DNA of 64,000 bases from Nitrospirota bacterium (lineage in GTDB: Bacteria > Nitrospirota > UBA9217), in assembly GCA_035623825.1 (NCBI GenBank), contig DASPSR010000065.1, forward strand, positions 1 through 64,000. Direction: 5' to 3'. Positions 62,461-64,000 of this stretch are shown in pieces. Each line of letters begins with the position of its first letter. The stretch's first letter is position 1. The translations under genes and the position numbers were made by a program. The notes below the pieces were generated by a model. It searched no databases. It was not told the origin of the DNA and worked only from the letters and a program-made list of their open reading frames with translations.

Positions 62461-62837
62461 AAAATTTCTCCTCAGGGGACAATTGGGCCGATCTTCACCA
62501 CGCTCGACCCTAAAGGCGAAAATCACCCATCTTTATTATATCTTATCGCGAATTTCAGCGCCGATTTGAAATACAGTGCCATTTCGGACATTTCAGCCTC
62601 GCGATGACATGAGCTAAATCTGGCGATGCTCTTGCAGGATCTGTCGATAGGAGGTTTAAAGGAGGAGGGCTAGTGGATGGCATATGACATATGATTCTGG
62701 GTCGGCTGACTTCTCTGACGCTTAATGTTTCATTCCGCTCTGTTCCTGCCCCGGCCTTGAGTCTTCGCGTTCGTCACATATCAAATCCTTACCATCTCCA
62801 TGGATCATGGAAACCGCCGACAGGTGCCGGGATTTCA

Positions 62838-62990
62838 TTATTTGTCGAGGAGAATCAAAACGCCGGCGGCGATGGCCAAGATTGCCATGACGGTGCCACT
62901 GCTGGAGAAACTTAGATGAAGGAGCGGCATGATGCCCTTCAGAATGAGCCAGATCCCAAGCACAATCGCACCGAATTTTGAAAGTTTCAT
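62838..62990 (-). CDS. Small 50-aa two-TM membrane protein (below the ORF-track cutoff)
   Basis: GGAGG RBS; MKLSKFGAIVLGIWLILKGIMPLLHLSFSSSGTVMAILAIAAGVLILLDK*. Confidence 0.75.
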   Translation of the reverse strand: MKLSKFGAIVLGIWLILKGIMPLLHLSFSSSGTVMAILAIAAGVLILLDK

Positions 62991-63425
62991 TTGTGGATCC
63001 TCCGTTATTTACGAAGCAGGAACGACTTTTCGCAAGCAACGACAATGGCGAATCTCGTTAAAGATAGTATTATAAATTATTCTGAAAGGCAAGAGAATAC
63101 ACAGTGCACGCGATTTGGGAAGGTCTTGATTGTATTAGGAGAATACATTCAAAAAACACCTGTTTGGATCATCGCTGGATGCAAAACGAGCGGAATTGTT
63201 TTTTGCAGGTACCAAGTACCATCCGATGGAATTGCCGAAAATCCTCAAAAGCAAACGTGGATTTTTCCATAAATAAGTATTGAATCAAAAAATGAAATGT
63301 TGTAATATTAAAATAATGTGTTTTTTTGCTTTACCCGACCTCTTCTGGCCGGTTTCATCTAATCTATATGATTTATGATGAGGATTTCGACGCGATTCAT
63401 GGTCTCTAATGTCAGGAGTTCACGC

Positions 63426-64000
63426 GTGAAGAAAATAATTTTCCCACTCCTGTTTTTAACGGTCGCCGCAACAGCATACGCCGGTGACGACAAGGTCAAA
63501 GTCGCGAGCAGTAACAATGAGATCAGCCGTGACACAAATAAAACCGTTTCCCCCCCCGTGGTGTCCGAGCAATACGAATACTACGAAATCAAGGGAAACA
63601 ACGAGCAAGAATTGCGGAACCAGATGTGCCGGAACGGCTGCAAGTTTACTGACGGGAAAAAATACGATTCCCTGACCACTTGGCGCGTGAAGCTGGACTA
63701 CGGCTATGACAGAGCCGCCAAGACCTGTGCAGCCGATTCCGTCAAAGTGAACGTTGCAATAAACTTCCGCTATCCTAAATGGGTGAGGACTGACGATGCT
63801 CCGCCGCAACTTGTGGCTAAATGGGATAACTACATGAAGAATCTCGTGATGCATGAAAACGAGCACCGCGACATAGCGGTGGCGGCGGCGAATGAACTTT
63901 CCAAGGCCGTGTCGGCACTTCCCCCTGCCTCCAGTTGTACCGAGCTCGACCAGCAAGTGCGGGCTATGAGCCGTGAGCGGCTGGAGAAGTTGAACGTTGA
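63426..64000 (+). CDS. Secreted DUF922-family putative Zn metalloprotease (3' truncated)
   Basis: AGGAG RBS; MKKIIFPLLFLTVAATAYA signal; YYEIKG, T.W, YPKW, W......L..HENEH (HExxH); open to the window end. Confidence 0.8.
   Translation, partial: MKKIIFPLLFLTVAATAYAGDDKVKVASSNNEISRDTNKTVSPPVVSEQYEYYEIKGNNEQELRNQMCRNGCKFTDGKKYDSLTTWRVKLDYGYDRAAKTCAADSVKVNVAINFRYPKWVRTDDAPPQLVAKWDNYMKNLVMHENEHRDIAVAAANELSKAVSALPPASSCTELDQQVRAMSRERLEKLNV

Overview
A bacterial chromosomal window of moderately high GC content. Gene content and style suggest an anaerobic Nitrospirota (Thermodesulfovibrionia-like) or Desulfobacterota organism; this is an inference only. From left to right it contains: the end of fdhE, an FmdE-ModE fusion and a MoeA-like gene; a Tat metallophosphoesterase paired with a CuA cupredoxin; an OmpR/sensor two-component system with periplasmic msrAB; a DNRA cluster (Campylobacterota-style napA-napB-napD with an apparent napGH deletion scar, then nrfH-nrfA of the Ca-independent type); a rod-like structured RNA (6S-like) upstream of cooT; chrA; cstA; an AT-richer patch with a truncated PAS sensor; envelope lipoproteins; a degenerate repeat-expanded hybrid pseudokinase; slt-zapB-DGC-ABC; the housekeeping block argS-tgt-yajC-secD-secF; stress genes (pirin, DUF362, nitroreductases, USPs, MscS, VKOR-Trx, trxB); and a c-di-GMP-I riboswitch. 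I saw no tRNA, rRNA, CRISPR array, transposase or integrase. All family calls come from motif recognition by eye, with no database searches.
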